From NCBI GenBank assembly GCA_963663165.1, contig OY760175.1, positions 2,880,001 through 2,944,000 of the forward strand: a DNA stretch of 64,000 nucleotides, given 5' to 3'. This document shows, piece by piece, positions 28,122-37,143 of the stretch (within the stretch, counting starts at the first letter, position 1; every line of letters starts with the position of its first letter). The stretch is from an uncultured Desulfospira sp. GTDB lineage: Bacteria > Desulfobacterota > Desulfobacteria > Desulfobacterales > Desulfobacteraceae. The notes beneath the pieces were generated by a model. It saw nothing but the letters and a program-made list of their open reading frames with translations, was not told the DNA's origin and ran no database searches. The translations under genes and the position numbers were made by a program.

Positions 28122-28554
28122 GATCGGCCTCCATAACCAGTTTGCTCAAAATTTTTCCAACTGATTCAGGTTGACGGCTGTTCAGGGAAGATTTTTTTTG
28201 TACAGCAGATTGTATAAGGTTGGCCGGTAAGGAAAGCACCTGGTAAATGGTGCCGTCAAAGGCAATCAGATCATTTTCCATCAATCCATCCCGAGCTTCA
28301 ATGTACTGGTCCAGTTGCATTTTTAGCAGGGTGCATATTTTATCATAACTGTAAAAACTTAATCCGTTGCGGTCACCGGCCAGAACCAGGAAAAAATACA
28401 ATAACAACTCGTCCCGGCTTAATGCTCGCAAAAATCCACCCGTAAGAAACCGATGGGGGATAAAACTAAATCCTCCTTTGATACAACGCACCCTTGAAGG
28501 GTTCAGGATTTCTTTTTTTACCATGCCGCGCCTCCAGTTTTTACGTTTATCCAT
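28114..28554 (-). CDS. Winged helix-turn-helix-like protein of the mobile element
   Basis: GFSFIPHRF...LLLYFFLVLAGDRNGLSFYSYDKICTLL...ARDGLMENDLI pattern; overlaps both neighbours by 8 bp. Confidence 0.7.
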   Translation of the reverse strand: MDKRKNWRRGMVKKEILNPSRVRCIKGGFSFIPHRFLTGGFLRALSRDELLLYFFLVLAGDRNGLSFYSYDKICTLLKMQLDQYIEARDGLMENDLIAFDGTIYQVLSLPANLIQSAVQKKSSLNSRQPESVGKILSKLVMEADHG

Positions 28555-28933
28555 ATCCCCGCCGGGGAAATTGTGTGACGACTTGACCTGAAGAGCCGCA
28601 GAACTGACAATATGGTTTGATTGGAAGGCCCTGAATCTGAAACAAAATCCACAATATTATTGTCCTACACCAAGCAGGCAGCACTGTGGAAGCTGTATCA
28701 TCCATGTTTTTTGTCTCTTGAATTTTTTTTCGATGCCGACGCCGGTTCTCGGCTTCCCGATGCCGTCTTTTCCCCTTCTCGGTCTGGCGGTATCGTCGCT
28801 GTGCTTCTCTTTTGTTTCTGAGGATTCCGGCCTTACGGCAGTCCCTGCAACAATAGGCCTGCCCTCTCCAGCAGAACCTGCAAACAAAAAATACGAAATG
28901 GCACCATCGGCATGTATTTGGAATTAAAAGCAT
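28547..28933 (-). CDS. Cys-rich (putative zinc-binding) basic hypothetical protein
   Basis: CxxC-x6-CxxC-x6-CCxxC, Arg/Lys-rich helix, C-terminal CQFC. Confidence 0.7.
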   Translation of the reverse strand: MLLIPNTCRWCHFVFFVCRFCWRGQAYCCRDCRKAGILRNKREAQRRYRQTEKGKRRHREAENRRRHRKKIQETKNMDDTASTVLPAWCRTIILWILFQIQGLPIKPYCQFCGSSGQVVTQFPRRGYG

Positions 28934-28983
28934 TTTAGATTTTTCCGGTATTGCAGATAACCGGAAAATGATATAGAAATATA

Positions 28984-29060
28984 ACTGTGTGTGTGGGCTT
29001 CTCCGGCTATCGACGGGAGTTCACAATCAAAGCCCGGAGGGGCTACTCCGGGCTTTTTCT
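28984..29060 (+). ncRNA. Candidate small counter-transcribed RNA of the RIT-like element
   Basis: TTGCAG and TGnTATAGA upstream; G-U-rich stem 28992-29025 that pairs well only on the + strand; terminator hairpin with U-tract. Confidence 0.5.
29029..29060 (+). terminator. Intrinsic terminator
   Basis: AAAGCCCGGAG-GGGCTA-CTCCGGGCTTT-TTCT, perfect 11-bp stem. Confidence 0.75.
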
Positions 29061-29455
29061 ATGCATATGATTTGGAATTATACGAATAAAATGAAAGATT
29101 TGAAAAATCTTTTTGAATAAAAATGAATAAAACTCACAACATAATCAAACACGCTACATAATTGGAGAATAACTTTAATTCCCATTTTAGAGGTGTTGAC
29201 ATTTTTTCTAATTAGTTACGAAAAAGGGTCAAATCTACTATTGGCCCTTAGCTGTTTTTTGTGCATTTGTTGGTAAATTTTATATATAAAAAACGGAACC
29301 CGGAAGAAAGGAGACCGGATCGCGCATCCTGAGGGGCTTTGCATTCCGGTCTCCCGTATCCGGTTTCCCGCCTCCTTTTTAATATGAGTTGATCTCACTT
29401 AAAATCCGGTCTATTAAAACAGATGCACGACTTTAACAGCAACTCAAGGAGAACC

Positions 29456-30838
29456 ATGGTTTACGATGTAATCATAGTGGGCGGAGGGCCGGCCGGCCTT
29501 TTTGCCGCCTGTTATCTGCTGGAACATTCAAACTTGAAAGTCCTTCTCATCGAAAAGGGAAGAGACTCTCTGAAACGAAAATGTCCCAACCACAACCTGC
29601 AAAAGTGTACCCAGTGCAAGCCGTGCAATATTCTTTCGGGAATCGGCGGGGCAGGCCTGTATTCAGACGGAAAGCTCAACTTTATCCCCCGGCTCGGCAA
29701 AACAGATCTGACCCAGTTTATGTCCCTGAATGCCGCCCAGAAACTCATTGATGAAACCGAAGCCCTGTTTACCCGGTTCAAGATGGACGGCCCTGTCTTT
29801 CCCACCGACATGGACCAGGCCAGACAGATCAGAAAAGAGGCCAAGCGGTTCGGCATTGACCTGCTGCTGATCCGGCAAAAACACCTGGGATCGGACAATC
29901 TGCCCGGCTACATTGCCGGCATGGCCGATTACCTCAAAGACAAAGGTCTTGAGATTAAATTAAAGGAAGAGGTGATCGACATCCTTGAGTCGGATAAACA
30001 GATCAACGGGGTAATCACAAAAGAAGGGGAGTACCGGGCCCGCAACGTGATCCTGGCTCCAGGCAGGATCGGTGCCAACTGGATGGCCACCGTGGCCCAG
30101 CGCCACGGCATCGGCTTAAGCCAGCGGGGCATTGAAGTCGGCGTCCGGGTGGAGGTCCACAACGATATCATGGATGACCTTTGCAACGTGATTTACGACC
30201 CCACCTTTTTTATCCAGACCCCGACCTATGACGACCAGACCAGAACCTTCTGCACCAACCAGGGCGGGTTTATCTCCCTTGAAAACTACAGTGACTTTGT
30301 CTGTGTCAACGGCCATGCCTATACCGGAAAAAAATCAGACAATACCAATTTTGCCTTTTTGTCCAAAGTGGTGCTGACCGAGCCGGTCACGGACAACCAG
30401 GCCTATGGGGAATCCATTGGCCGGCTGGCCTCCATCATCGGCGGGGGCAAGCCCATTCTCCAGCGGTTCGGGGACCTGAAACGGGGACGACGGTCTACCT
30501 GGAACCGGATTTCCAAAGGGTATATTGAACCGACCATGACCAATGTGGTCTGCGGGGACATTGCCATGGCCCTGCCCGAAAGAATTCTGTCCAACCTGAT
30601 TGAGGGGCTGGAAGGCCTGAACTGTGTGGTGCCCGGGGTGGCCAATGATGAAACCCTGCTCTATGCACCGGAAATCAAGTTTTTTGCCACCCAGGTGGAA
30701 ACCTCCAACCACCTGGAAACACAAATCAAGGGCATGTATGTGGCCGGGGACGGCCCGGGGGTGGCCGGCAATATCGTATCTGCGGCAGCTACGGGGTTGA
30801 TACCGGCCAAGCGGATTATTGAGACAGCCAGTGTTTGA
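29456..30838 (+). CDS. FAD-dependent oxidoreductase (uncharacterised FAD-dependent dehydrogenase family)
   Basis: YDVIIVGGGPAG, GIGGAGLYSDGK, GVRVE, RTFCTNQGG, VAGDGPG; start after AAGGAG. Confidence 0.88.
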   Translation: MVYDVIIVGGGPAGLFAACYLLEHSNLKVLLIEKGRDSLKRKCPNHNLQKCTQCKPCNILSGIGGAGLYSDGKLNFIPRLGKTDLTQFMSLNAAQKLIDETEALFTRFKMDGPVFPTDMDQARQIRKEAKRFGIDLLLIRQKHLGSDNLPGYIAGMADYLKDKGLEIKLKEEVIDILESDKQINGVITKEGEYRARNVILAPGRIGANWMATVAQRHGIGLSQRGIEVGVRVEVHNDIMDDLCNVIYDPTFFIQTPTYDDQTRTFCTNQGGFISLENYSDFVCVNGHAYTGKKSDNTNFAFLSKVVLTEPVTDNQAYGESIGRLASIIGGGKPILQRFGDLKRGRRSTWNRISKGYIEPTMTNVVCGDIAMALPERILSNLIEGLEGLNCVVPGVANDETLLYAPEIKFFATQVETSNHLETQIKGMYVAGDGPGVAGNIVSAAATGLIPAKRIIETASV

Positions 30839-30893
30839 ACGATAAATCACCCATTTTCTGCGCCTTGCATATGGGCAATTTCTCGTCCAAACA
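30831..30893. repeat. Internally deleted copy of MITE family C
   Basis: GTGTTTGAACGA...CTGCGCCTTGCATATGGGCAATTTCTCGTCCAAACA matches both ends of 51289-51414. Confidence 0.75.
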
Positions 30894-30923
30894 AGAGTTT
30901 ATTTCAAAAGACAGGTTTTCGTA

Positions 30924-31319
30924 CTATTCAGGGTAATAGATGGCGCAGGCATCATCAGACTCCCAGGCCATGACCCGGGAGACGGTGACTTTTTCGGCAA
31001 TTTTTTCGTTTTCTCCCTGATCCAGCAGGGCCTGGACCTGTTGGGCAATATAGACGGCTATCCGCTCGGAAGTGGGCTGTTTTCCTTCAAACACATCCAG
31101 TTCATTTAAGAACTTATGGTCCAGCTGATCATCCACCACCCGGCGGACCGCTTTTTTGATGTCTCCAAAATCTGCCAGCACACCGGCCGAATTGAGTTCT
31201 TTTCCCTTTACACAGACTTCCACGTGCCAGTTGTGTCCGTGAAGGTTCTCACATTTCTGCCCCACCATGGTCAGTTGATGGGCACCTGCAAACCGGGTTT
31301 TCACCTTGAGTTCAAACAT
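30924..31319 (-). CDS. queD: 6-carboxy-5,6,7,8-tetrahydropterin synthase
   Basis: FAGAHQL, KCENLHGHNW, LDHKFLNE, PTSERIA, WES. Confidence 0.92.
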   Translation of the reverse strand: MFELKVKTRFAGAHQLTMVGQKCENLHGHNWHVEVCVKGKELNSAGVLADFGDIKKAVRRVVDDQLDHKFLNELDVFEGKQPTSERIAVYIAQQVQALLDQGENEKIAEKVTVSRVMAWESDDACAIYYPE

Positions 31320-31349
31320 GTATATCCGCCTATAACCCTGAGACCGGGT

Positions 31350-32453
31350 TTAAAGATTCTTAAACAGGTTCTTTAACTTATTGGAAATTTTATTGGAGTC
31401 CAGCTTGTCAAACTCCGTCAGCAGGTCTTTTTGCTTCTGGCTGAGCTTGGTCGGGGTTTTAAGGATCACTTTGATCACCTGATCCCCCCGCCGGCCGCTT
31501 CGCAGGGAGGCTATCCCCTGCTCTTTTAACCGGAAACTGTCCCCATACTGGGTACCGGCCGGGATCTGGAATTTTTCTTCTCCCACCAGGGTGGGAATGG
31601 TGATCTCATCGCCTAAGGCCGCCTGGACAAAGGAAATATCAATGGCGCAGATCACATCCGTGCCGTCCCTTTGGAAGAATTTGTGGGGTTTGACATTAAT
31701 AACCACATACAGGTCGCCGGGCTGGCCCTGGGGGGTCGGCGGGCCTTCGCCTTCACCGGTCAGCCGGAGTTTGGAGCCCACATCCACCCCGGCTGGAATC
31801 TTGACCTGAACCTTGCGGGTGACTTCCATTCGTCCCCTGCCCCGGCATTTGGGACAGGGATTGGCAATGATGGTGCCCTGGCCTTTGCAGTAGGGGCAGG
31901 TGGTTTTGACCTTAAAGAACCCCTGGCTCTGGATGAACTGTCCGGTACCGTGGCAATGGGAACAGGTTTCCGGGGTGCTGCCTTCCCGGGCCCCGGAACC
32001 GCCGCATTCGTCACAGGTATCAAGTTTGGGAATGGAAATGGTTTTTTCGGTTCCAAAGGCCGCTTCCATGAAGTCAATGGTCATGTTGTACCGCAGGTCC
32101 GACCCTCTCTGGACACGGCCGCCCCTGCCCCCCCGGGAACCGCCGAATCCAAAAAAGTCTTCAAAAATATCCCCAAAGCTTGAAAAAATATCCTCAAATC
32201 CTGAAGGCCCTGAATGGCCGGCCCCTTCAAGTCCCTGGTGGCCGAACTGGTCATAGATCTGCCGTTTGTTATCGTCAGACAGGACCTCGTAGGCTTCGGA
32301 AGCCTCTTTAAATTTTTCCTCTGCCTCTTTGTTGTCGGGATTTTTATCCGGATGATATTTGATGGCCAGTTTCCGGTAGGCTTTTTTTAATTCAGGTTTT
32401 CCAACATCCCGGGAAACCCCTAGAATTTCATAGTAGTCACGTTTTTCTGTCAT
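31350..32453 (-). CDS. dnaJ: Chaperone DnaJ
   Basis: J domain with HPD, G/F region, four CxxCxGxG repeats. Confidence 0.97.
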   Translation of the reverse strand: MTEKRDYYEILGVSRDVGKPELKKAYRKLAIKYHPDKNPDNKEAEEKFKEASEAYEVLSDDNKRQIYDQFGHQGLEGAGHSGPSGFEDIFSSFGDIFEDFFGFGGSRGGRGGRVQRGSDLRYNMTIDFMEAAFGTEKTISIPKLDTCDECGGSGAREGSTPETCSHCHGTGQFIQSQGFFKVKTTCPYCKGQGTIIANPCPKCRGRGRMEVTRKVQVKIPAGVDVGSKLRLTGEGEGPPTPQGQPGDLYVVINVKPHKFFQRDGTDVICAIDISFVQAALGDEITIPTLVGEEKFQIPAGTQYGDSFRLKEQGIASLRSGRRGDQVIKVILKTPTKLSQKQKDLLTEFDKLDSNKISNKLKNLFKNL

Positions 32454-32772
32454 ATCCTGCCCAATTGCCGTTCTAACCGGTTTGAATTCCTCTTTGCCGC
32501 CCGCTTTGGTTCTTTTTGCCGTTCATTGTGGCAGCAGCACTGTCTTTACCGGTTTTTAACCAGTGCCATGGTTTGTGAATCCAAGTGTTATGGTTTGTGT
32601 TCTTGCTTCCTATATGCTATTTTGCCAACCTGCCGTCATCAAAGGCAAAGGAAACCGTGGCATCCTTTTTGCCCGAGAAGGTTAAGGCCCCGGCCCGGAA
32701 ACCATATTGAAAGTCCGCAGCCGGTAAATTTAAAATTAACTTAAATTAATCCTAAAATTCAGGTTGTCAACG

Positions 32773-33468
32773 ATGAACAAAGAACTTGGTTTTGTCAAGG
32801 ATATGTTTGACAAGATTGCCCCCCAATATGATTTTCTCAACCGGCTTCTCAGTCTCCGGCAGGATGTGGTCTGGCGGACCCAGATGGTTAAAGCCGCCCG
32901 GGTAAAACCTGGCGGGCAGGTTCTTGACGTGGCCTGCGGCACCTGTGATGTGGCCATTGAGGTTTTAAAACAGCTCAAGGGGCGGATAAATGTTACAGGG
33001 GTCGATTTTTCTGTGGGCATGCTGAAACGGGGACAAAAAAAAACTATCCGGCACCCGCAAATCGGCCTGGTGAACGGGGACGCGCTGTGCCTTCCCTTTG
33101 GTTCCGGCACCGTTGACACGGTGATGATTGCCTTTGGCATCCGGAACATCATGAACCGGCAAGGCGCTTTGGAAGAGTTTGCCAGGGTTTTAAAGGATGG
33201 GGGGCGGCTGGCGGTCCTGGAACTAACCACCCCTGAAAAAGGGCTTTTAAGGGGTCTTTACCTGACTTATTTCCGGAAAATCCTGCCCCTGATCGGTTCA
33301 TTTTTTTCAAAGGACGCCCATGCCTATTCTTATCTTCCCGCGTCAGTTATCAAATTTCCGTCTGCCTTAAAATTTGCCGGAATAATGGCCGGTTCAGGGT
33401 ATACCGATATCCGGTTCAAGCCCATGACCATGGGAATTGTGACCCTGTTTGTGGGGACAAAGGAATAG
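32773..33468 (+). CDS. ubiE: Ubiquinone/menaquinone biosynthesis C-methyltransferase UbiE/MenG
   Basis: MFDKIAPQYDFLNRLLS, VLDVACGT, AFGIRN, AYSYLPASV. Confidence 0.9.
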   Translation: MNKELGFVKDMFDKIAPQYDFLNRLLSLRQDVVWRTQMVKAARVKPGGQVLDVACGTCDVAIEVLKQLKGRINVTGVDFSVGMLKRGQKKTIRHPQIGLVNGDALCLPFGSGTVDTVMIAFGIRNIMNRQGALEEFARVLKDGGRLAVLELTTPEKGLLRGLYLTYFRKILPLIGSFFSKDAHAYSYLPASVIKFPSALKFAGIMAGSGYTDIRFKPMTMGIVTLFVGTKE

Positions 33469-33547
33469 TGTTTCTTGACAAGTTGAAGGGCCTGCCTTAT
33501 AACGGCTTGAATTATTACCTGTTTAACTTAAATATACCGGACAAAGT

Positions 33548-34219
33548 GTGAAATCGAATTTATGGTCCACCATTGAGGGAAAAATTCTGCTCCTTGGAAT
33601 TTTACTTAGCGGGATCCTACTGGGATACATCGGCTTTTATGTGGCGGTCGATCCAGGGACGGCAAAGGTTCTGGCCTTAGCCTTTATTGCCCATACCATC
33701 GGGGGCCGGGCTGCCGGCATAGGTCTTTGTATTTTAAACGAATTCGGGCCGGTGCTGACCATTGGGTATAATTTTTATTTAGAAATCCTGATTGTCTGTT
33801 TTACCTATTCCGGATTTATTTTAAGTACCACCAATTATCTTAAAATTGAATGGGTTTCCCGGTTTATGGGCCGGCTGGCGTTCAAAGCCATGGAACAAAA
33901 AGAAAAGGTCGCCTCCTATGGCTGGATCGGCATATTTTTATTTGTCATGGCCCCCCTGCCGGTTACCGGGCCTGTGGTGGGCTCCATCATCGGCTACATG
34001 ATCCGGCTGGGGGTGGTGAGAAACTTTTCAGCGACTTTTTTGGGAACCTTTACCGCCATTGGCATCTGGTATCTGTGCTTTGACTTTTTAGAGCAGCGGT
34101 TCCACATGATCCAGTACATCTTTGCCGCCATTGTACTGATGATTCTTATTCCCTACTTAAGAAGAATCAAACGGTTTATTGCCTACCTGATCAAAAAAGA
34201 ACCGGATGATTTAGGCTGA
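33548..34219 (+). CDS. Membrane protein, putative small multidrug export family
   Basis: Several TM helices; GIFLFVMAPLPVTGP motif. Confidence 0.7.
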   Translation: MKSNLWSTIEGKILLLGILLSGILLGYIGFYVAVDPGTAKVLALAFIAHTIGGRAAGIGLCILNEFGPVLTIGYNFYLEILIVCFTYSGFILSTTNYLKIEWVSRFMGRLAFKAMEQKEKVASYGWIGIFLFVMAPLPVTGPVVGSIIGYMIRLGVVRNFSATFLGTFTAIGIWYLCFDFLEQRFHMIQYIFAAIVLMILIPYLRRIKRFIAYLIKKEPDDLG

Positions 34220-34240
34220 AGATTTTTAGACTGAAGGGGT

Positions 34241-34897
34241 TTAGCCGATATTAATTGAATTTTCTTCGCACCACTGAATAATTGCAGCTTGTTCTTTTTG
34301 TTTTTCGAAGTCATACCATTTCTGCAACAGGCCTTTGGAATCAAGCAGATCCTTATATCTTGAATAGGCCCCCCTTCTCCCAAATATATTGTAGACCCGT
34401 TCATAACTATCAGGGAGATATTTTTCTACAAATTTGAAAACAAGCTCCTTTCCCAAATCCAAATCATTTTTATGTGGGATTTCTATATGAATATCAGGAT
34501 TGTATTCATCTTCATCAAATTTTTCGGATTCTTCAAAATCTTCAAAATCTGATTGATAATATATCTTCCCGGTTGTCTTATCCAAAATAGCAGAATATTC
34601 ACCATATCCTGTATAACTTACAAACATTATTGCATTTTCTATATCACGAAAAAGCGGAGTGTCTATATGCTGTGCAGCTTCTTTTTCCTCAAAATCAGCC
34701 GGATTTAAGCTACACCCGTCCATATCATACTCATCAAAAACATCTTCAACTATGGAATAAGGCGGCCCATTATAATTGCGGGAATCCTGCTGATTAAGAT
34801 GAATCGCTACAATGACACGTGTTCCAATATCGGTACAACGCCATTTACCTGTCGCTGTATAGAATTCTTCCCCTATTTCAAAATCCTCTTTTTTCAT
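34241..34897 (-). CDS. UPF0158-like protein with an extra acidic N-terminal domain
   Basis: LDKTTGKIY, IPHKNDLDLG, FGRRGAYSRYKDLL, WYDFE...WCEEN; AT-rich. Confidence 0.7.
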   Translation of the reverse strand: MKKEDFEIGEEFYTATGKWRCTDIGTRVIVAIHLNQQDSRNYNGPPYSIVEDVFDEYDMDGCSLNPADFEEKEAAQHIDTPLFRDIENAIMFVSYTGYGEYSAILDKTTGKIYYQSDFEDFEESEKFDEDEYNPDIHIEIPHKNDLDLGKELVFKFVEKYLPDSYERVYNIFGRRGAYSRYKDLLDSKGLLQKWYDFEKQKEQAAIIQWCEENSINIG

Positions 34898-34952
34898 ATT
34901 TTCATTAATTCAAACAGGTCCGGTCATTGTTTGTGGCTAATAGCTAACAGCT

Positions 34953-35567
34953 CTATAGCAGCGAGCTTCTTTTCTTCTTGCGCGTACTCAACCCGATAAA
35001 AAGCCCCACAATAAACACCCCTGCCCCGCTGAGAAACCAGAGTTTCTCCTCGTTGTTCAGGTTCTTTTCCAGGGCCGCGATTTGATTTTTCTGTTCTTCG
35101 GATAAGTTGAGGACGGCTTTGTATTCAGCGTCCAGTTTTAAAAATTCGGCGGATTCAAGTTTAAGCTTGTTGTATTTTTCTTCGATATCCTTCAGGATAT
35201 TGTTTTGCCTGACCAGATCTTGATTTTTTTCTTCTAAAGTTGCCAGGGACGCCTCAATCTGCTCATTTTCCGCTTTTAATTTTTCCACGGTCCGGGTCAA
35301 GGGAACATCTTCGGTGAGAAACCGGGTCAACACCCATCCGATTTTGCCGTCTTCCGCCTTTACCCGGCACCAGTCCGGTTTATGTTCGATCACTTCAAGC
35401 TTGCTTCCAGACATGAGCATGGCAACAATTTTATGGTCCACGCCCGGTCCTGTCCGCATGGTTATCTTTGCAATCCCCTTGACATAGATATCCTGGGCCG
35501 CCACGGCAAAACCCGGCATTAAAAAAGTGAATCCCATAATCAAAAAGCAGATAACGAATTTTCTCAT
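34953..35567 (-). CDS. SH3 domain protein (TIGR04211 type)
   Basis: Signal peptide, ITMRTGPG...GWVLTRFL, coiled coil, C-terminal WFLSGAGV TM and basic tail. Confidence 0.88.
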   Translation of the reverse strand: MRKFVICFLIMGFTFLMPGFAVAAQDIYVKGIAKITMRTGPGVDHKIVAMLMSGSKLEVIEHKPDWCRVKAEDGKIGWVLTRFLTEDVPLTRTVEKLKAENEQIEASLATLEEKNQDLVRQNNILKDIEEKYNKLKLESAEFLKLDAEYKAVLNLSEEQKNQIAALEKNLNNEEKLWFLSGAGVFIVGLFIGLSTRKKKRSSLL

Positions 35568-35652
35568 TTAGTCTCCTTAAAAACTTTCTTTATGGATTCA
35601 TCCTTTATCATTGCTCACGGGGTTTAATCAAGGCGGGAGTGAAGAAAATAAC

Positions 35653-35760
35653 AGACCGGAAGGCCGAAAGACGGAAACTGAAAGACCGGATCTGCTATGC
35701 CCCAAGGGCTGCATCTCCGGTCTTTCAGTCTTGCCGTTTCCGGTCTTCCGGTTTCCTTTT
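35653..35760. repeat. Heptamer-based hairpin between/after hsp20 and SH3 genes
   Basis: (AGACCGG/AGACGGA)n arm, loop, (CCGGTCT/CCGTTTC)n arm; similar at 29293-29372 and 45672-45757. Confidence 0.6.
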
Positions 35761-35767
35761 TTGGCTG

Positions 35768-36154
35768 TCAGGCCGCTTTAATCTCAATCATCCGGGGTTT
35801 GGCAGCTTCAGATTTGGGCAGATGGAGTTTCAGGACCCCGTTTTTAAGTTCTGCTTCCACTTTGGCCACATCAATGGTCTGGGGTACGGAAAACTTTCTG
35901 ACATATTCCACATCAGAGAACTCGGCCCAGGATGACACCCCTTTGGGTTCAAACCGTCTCACACCGGCCAGGGAAAGGGTGCCGTTGTCAATGTTTATAG
36001 ACACATTCTCTTTGACCACGCCGGGCATATCCACAAGCAACAGGATCTCGTCCTCATTTTCATAAATATCCACCCAGGGGATGGCGGTTTTTAACGCGCT
36101 TGTTTTTTCTACGGTGCTGCCTTGTTTTTCGGCTATATCTTTTCTGTCACTCAT
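35768..36154 (-). CDS. Hsp20/alpha-crystallin family protein
   Basis: VDIYENEDE...DMPGV, AELKNGVLKLHLPK. Confidence 0.93.
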   Translation of the reverse strand: MSDRKDIAEKQGSTVEKTSALKTAIPWVDIYENEDEILLLVDMPGVVKENVSINIDNGTLSLAGVRRFEPKGVSSWAEFSDVEYVRKFSVPQTIDVAKVEAELKNGVLKLHLPKSEAAKPRMIEIKAA

Positions 36155-36335
36155 GAGAACCTCCTTTATCTGCCGCAGCCGGTTGAACTTTGGGTATTTA
36201 TGGCGGCGGCCGGTTTTATATTCACTTACACCTTCTAATTCAGGTGGTTAGACTGAAGGCTGAAGGCCAAAAGGATGCGATTGATAAACGTCGCCTTCGG
36301 CATAAACCCCTTCAGCCTAACCCACCTGTGTTATA

Positions 36336-36782
36336 TTAATGAACCGTAATCTGCCGGGGTTTGGCAGCTTCCGACTTGGGCAGGGACAGGTAGAGGATCC
36401 CGTCTTTCAGGGTGGCCTCAACCTTTTCAGCATCCACATCATCGGGCAGGGTAAAGCTTCTGGAAAAGGTGGCAGCGCTCCGCTCATTTTTATGGGCCTT
36501 GTACCCTTCGGGCGGGGTTACGCTCCGGTTGCCGCTGATCTCCAGGTAATTTCCCTGGATCTTGATATTCAGGTCGTCTTTTTCAACCCCGGGAACCTCT
36601 GCCTGGACTTCAAACCGGTCGCCGTTTTCAAAAATATTGGTTCTTGGAGAGTTGTAGGCCGTGGTAAGGGCCGGTCCATAAAGATACGCTTTTTCAGGGT
36701 CGCTGAAGATCCGGTCCATTTTATTGCGGAGCAGATCCATGGCCCCAAACATTCTGTCGATGTCGCTGATTCTTGTAAACAT
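36336..36782 (-). CDS. Hsp20/alpha-crystallin family protein
   Basis: AEVPGV, FSRSFTLP, ATLKDGILYLSLPK. Confidence 0.93.
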   Translation of the reverse strand: MFTRISDIDRMFGAMDLLRNKMDRIFSDPEKAYLYGPALTTAYNSPRTNIFENGDRFEVQAEVPGVEKDDLNIKIQGNYLEISGNRSVTPPEGYKAHKNERSAATFSRSFTLPDDVDAEKVEATLKDGILYLSLPKSEAAKPRQITVH

Positions 36783-36810
36783 AGTTCCGTCTCCTTTGTC
36801 TCATCCTTGT

Positions 36811-36906
36811 TTTATATGAAAGTCTCACTAACATCTTGAGAAGACTTTCATTATTTGTTGTGGGCGGTTCTTGGTTGGATAACCAAGGCGGCCCGTGGCC
36901 GTTATA
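36811..36906 (+). repeat. Dispersed repeat family D, short form
   Basis: Reverse complement of 48420-48515; last ~60 bp shared with 40711-40858. Confidence 0.85.
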
Positions 36907-36948
36907 TGGGAGGCTTTTGTTGTTTTGCCTCCGGTCTGAGTTGAACAT

Positions 36949-36977
36949 AAAATAGGCATAAATAATATTGTGTCAAT
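36949..36977 (-). promoter_or_regulatory. Possible heat-shock (sigma32-like) promoter of the hsp20 pair
   Basis: Minus strand TTGACA-N14-CCTATTTT upstream of two Hsp20 genes. Confidence 0.4.
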
Positions 36978-37143
36978 AATATTTTTATTACTTTTATATT
37001 TTTTTTAAAAAAGTAATACACATTCGAATAAAAGCGTCGATCTCATAAAATTAACATATTTCTTATCTGGATCACGTGCTATAACAACAGATCATATGGC
37101 CGATAGACGGCCCCACACCTTTCTTTAAAAAAAGGGGCTACAT

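Larger units (their letters stand above)
25041..29146 (-). mobile_element. RIT (Recombinase-In-Trio)-like element with two extra upstream genes
   Basis: Three overlapping tyrosine recombinases; inverted ends TTATGTTGCGAG (25044-25055) and CTCACAACATAA (29133-29144); visibly AT-richer than neighbouring host genes. Confidence 0.8.

Noticed and set aside
32526..32744. 72-aa Cys-rich ORF between dnaJ and ubiE
   Set aside because: Sits in a divergent promoter region; no RBS or recognisable family.
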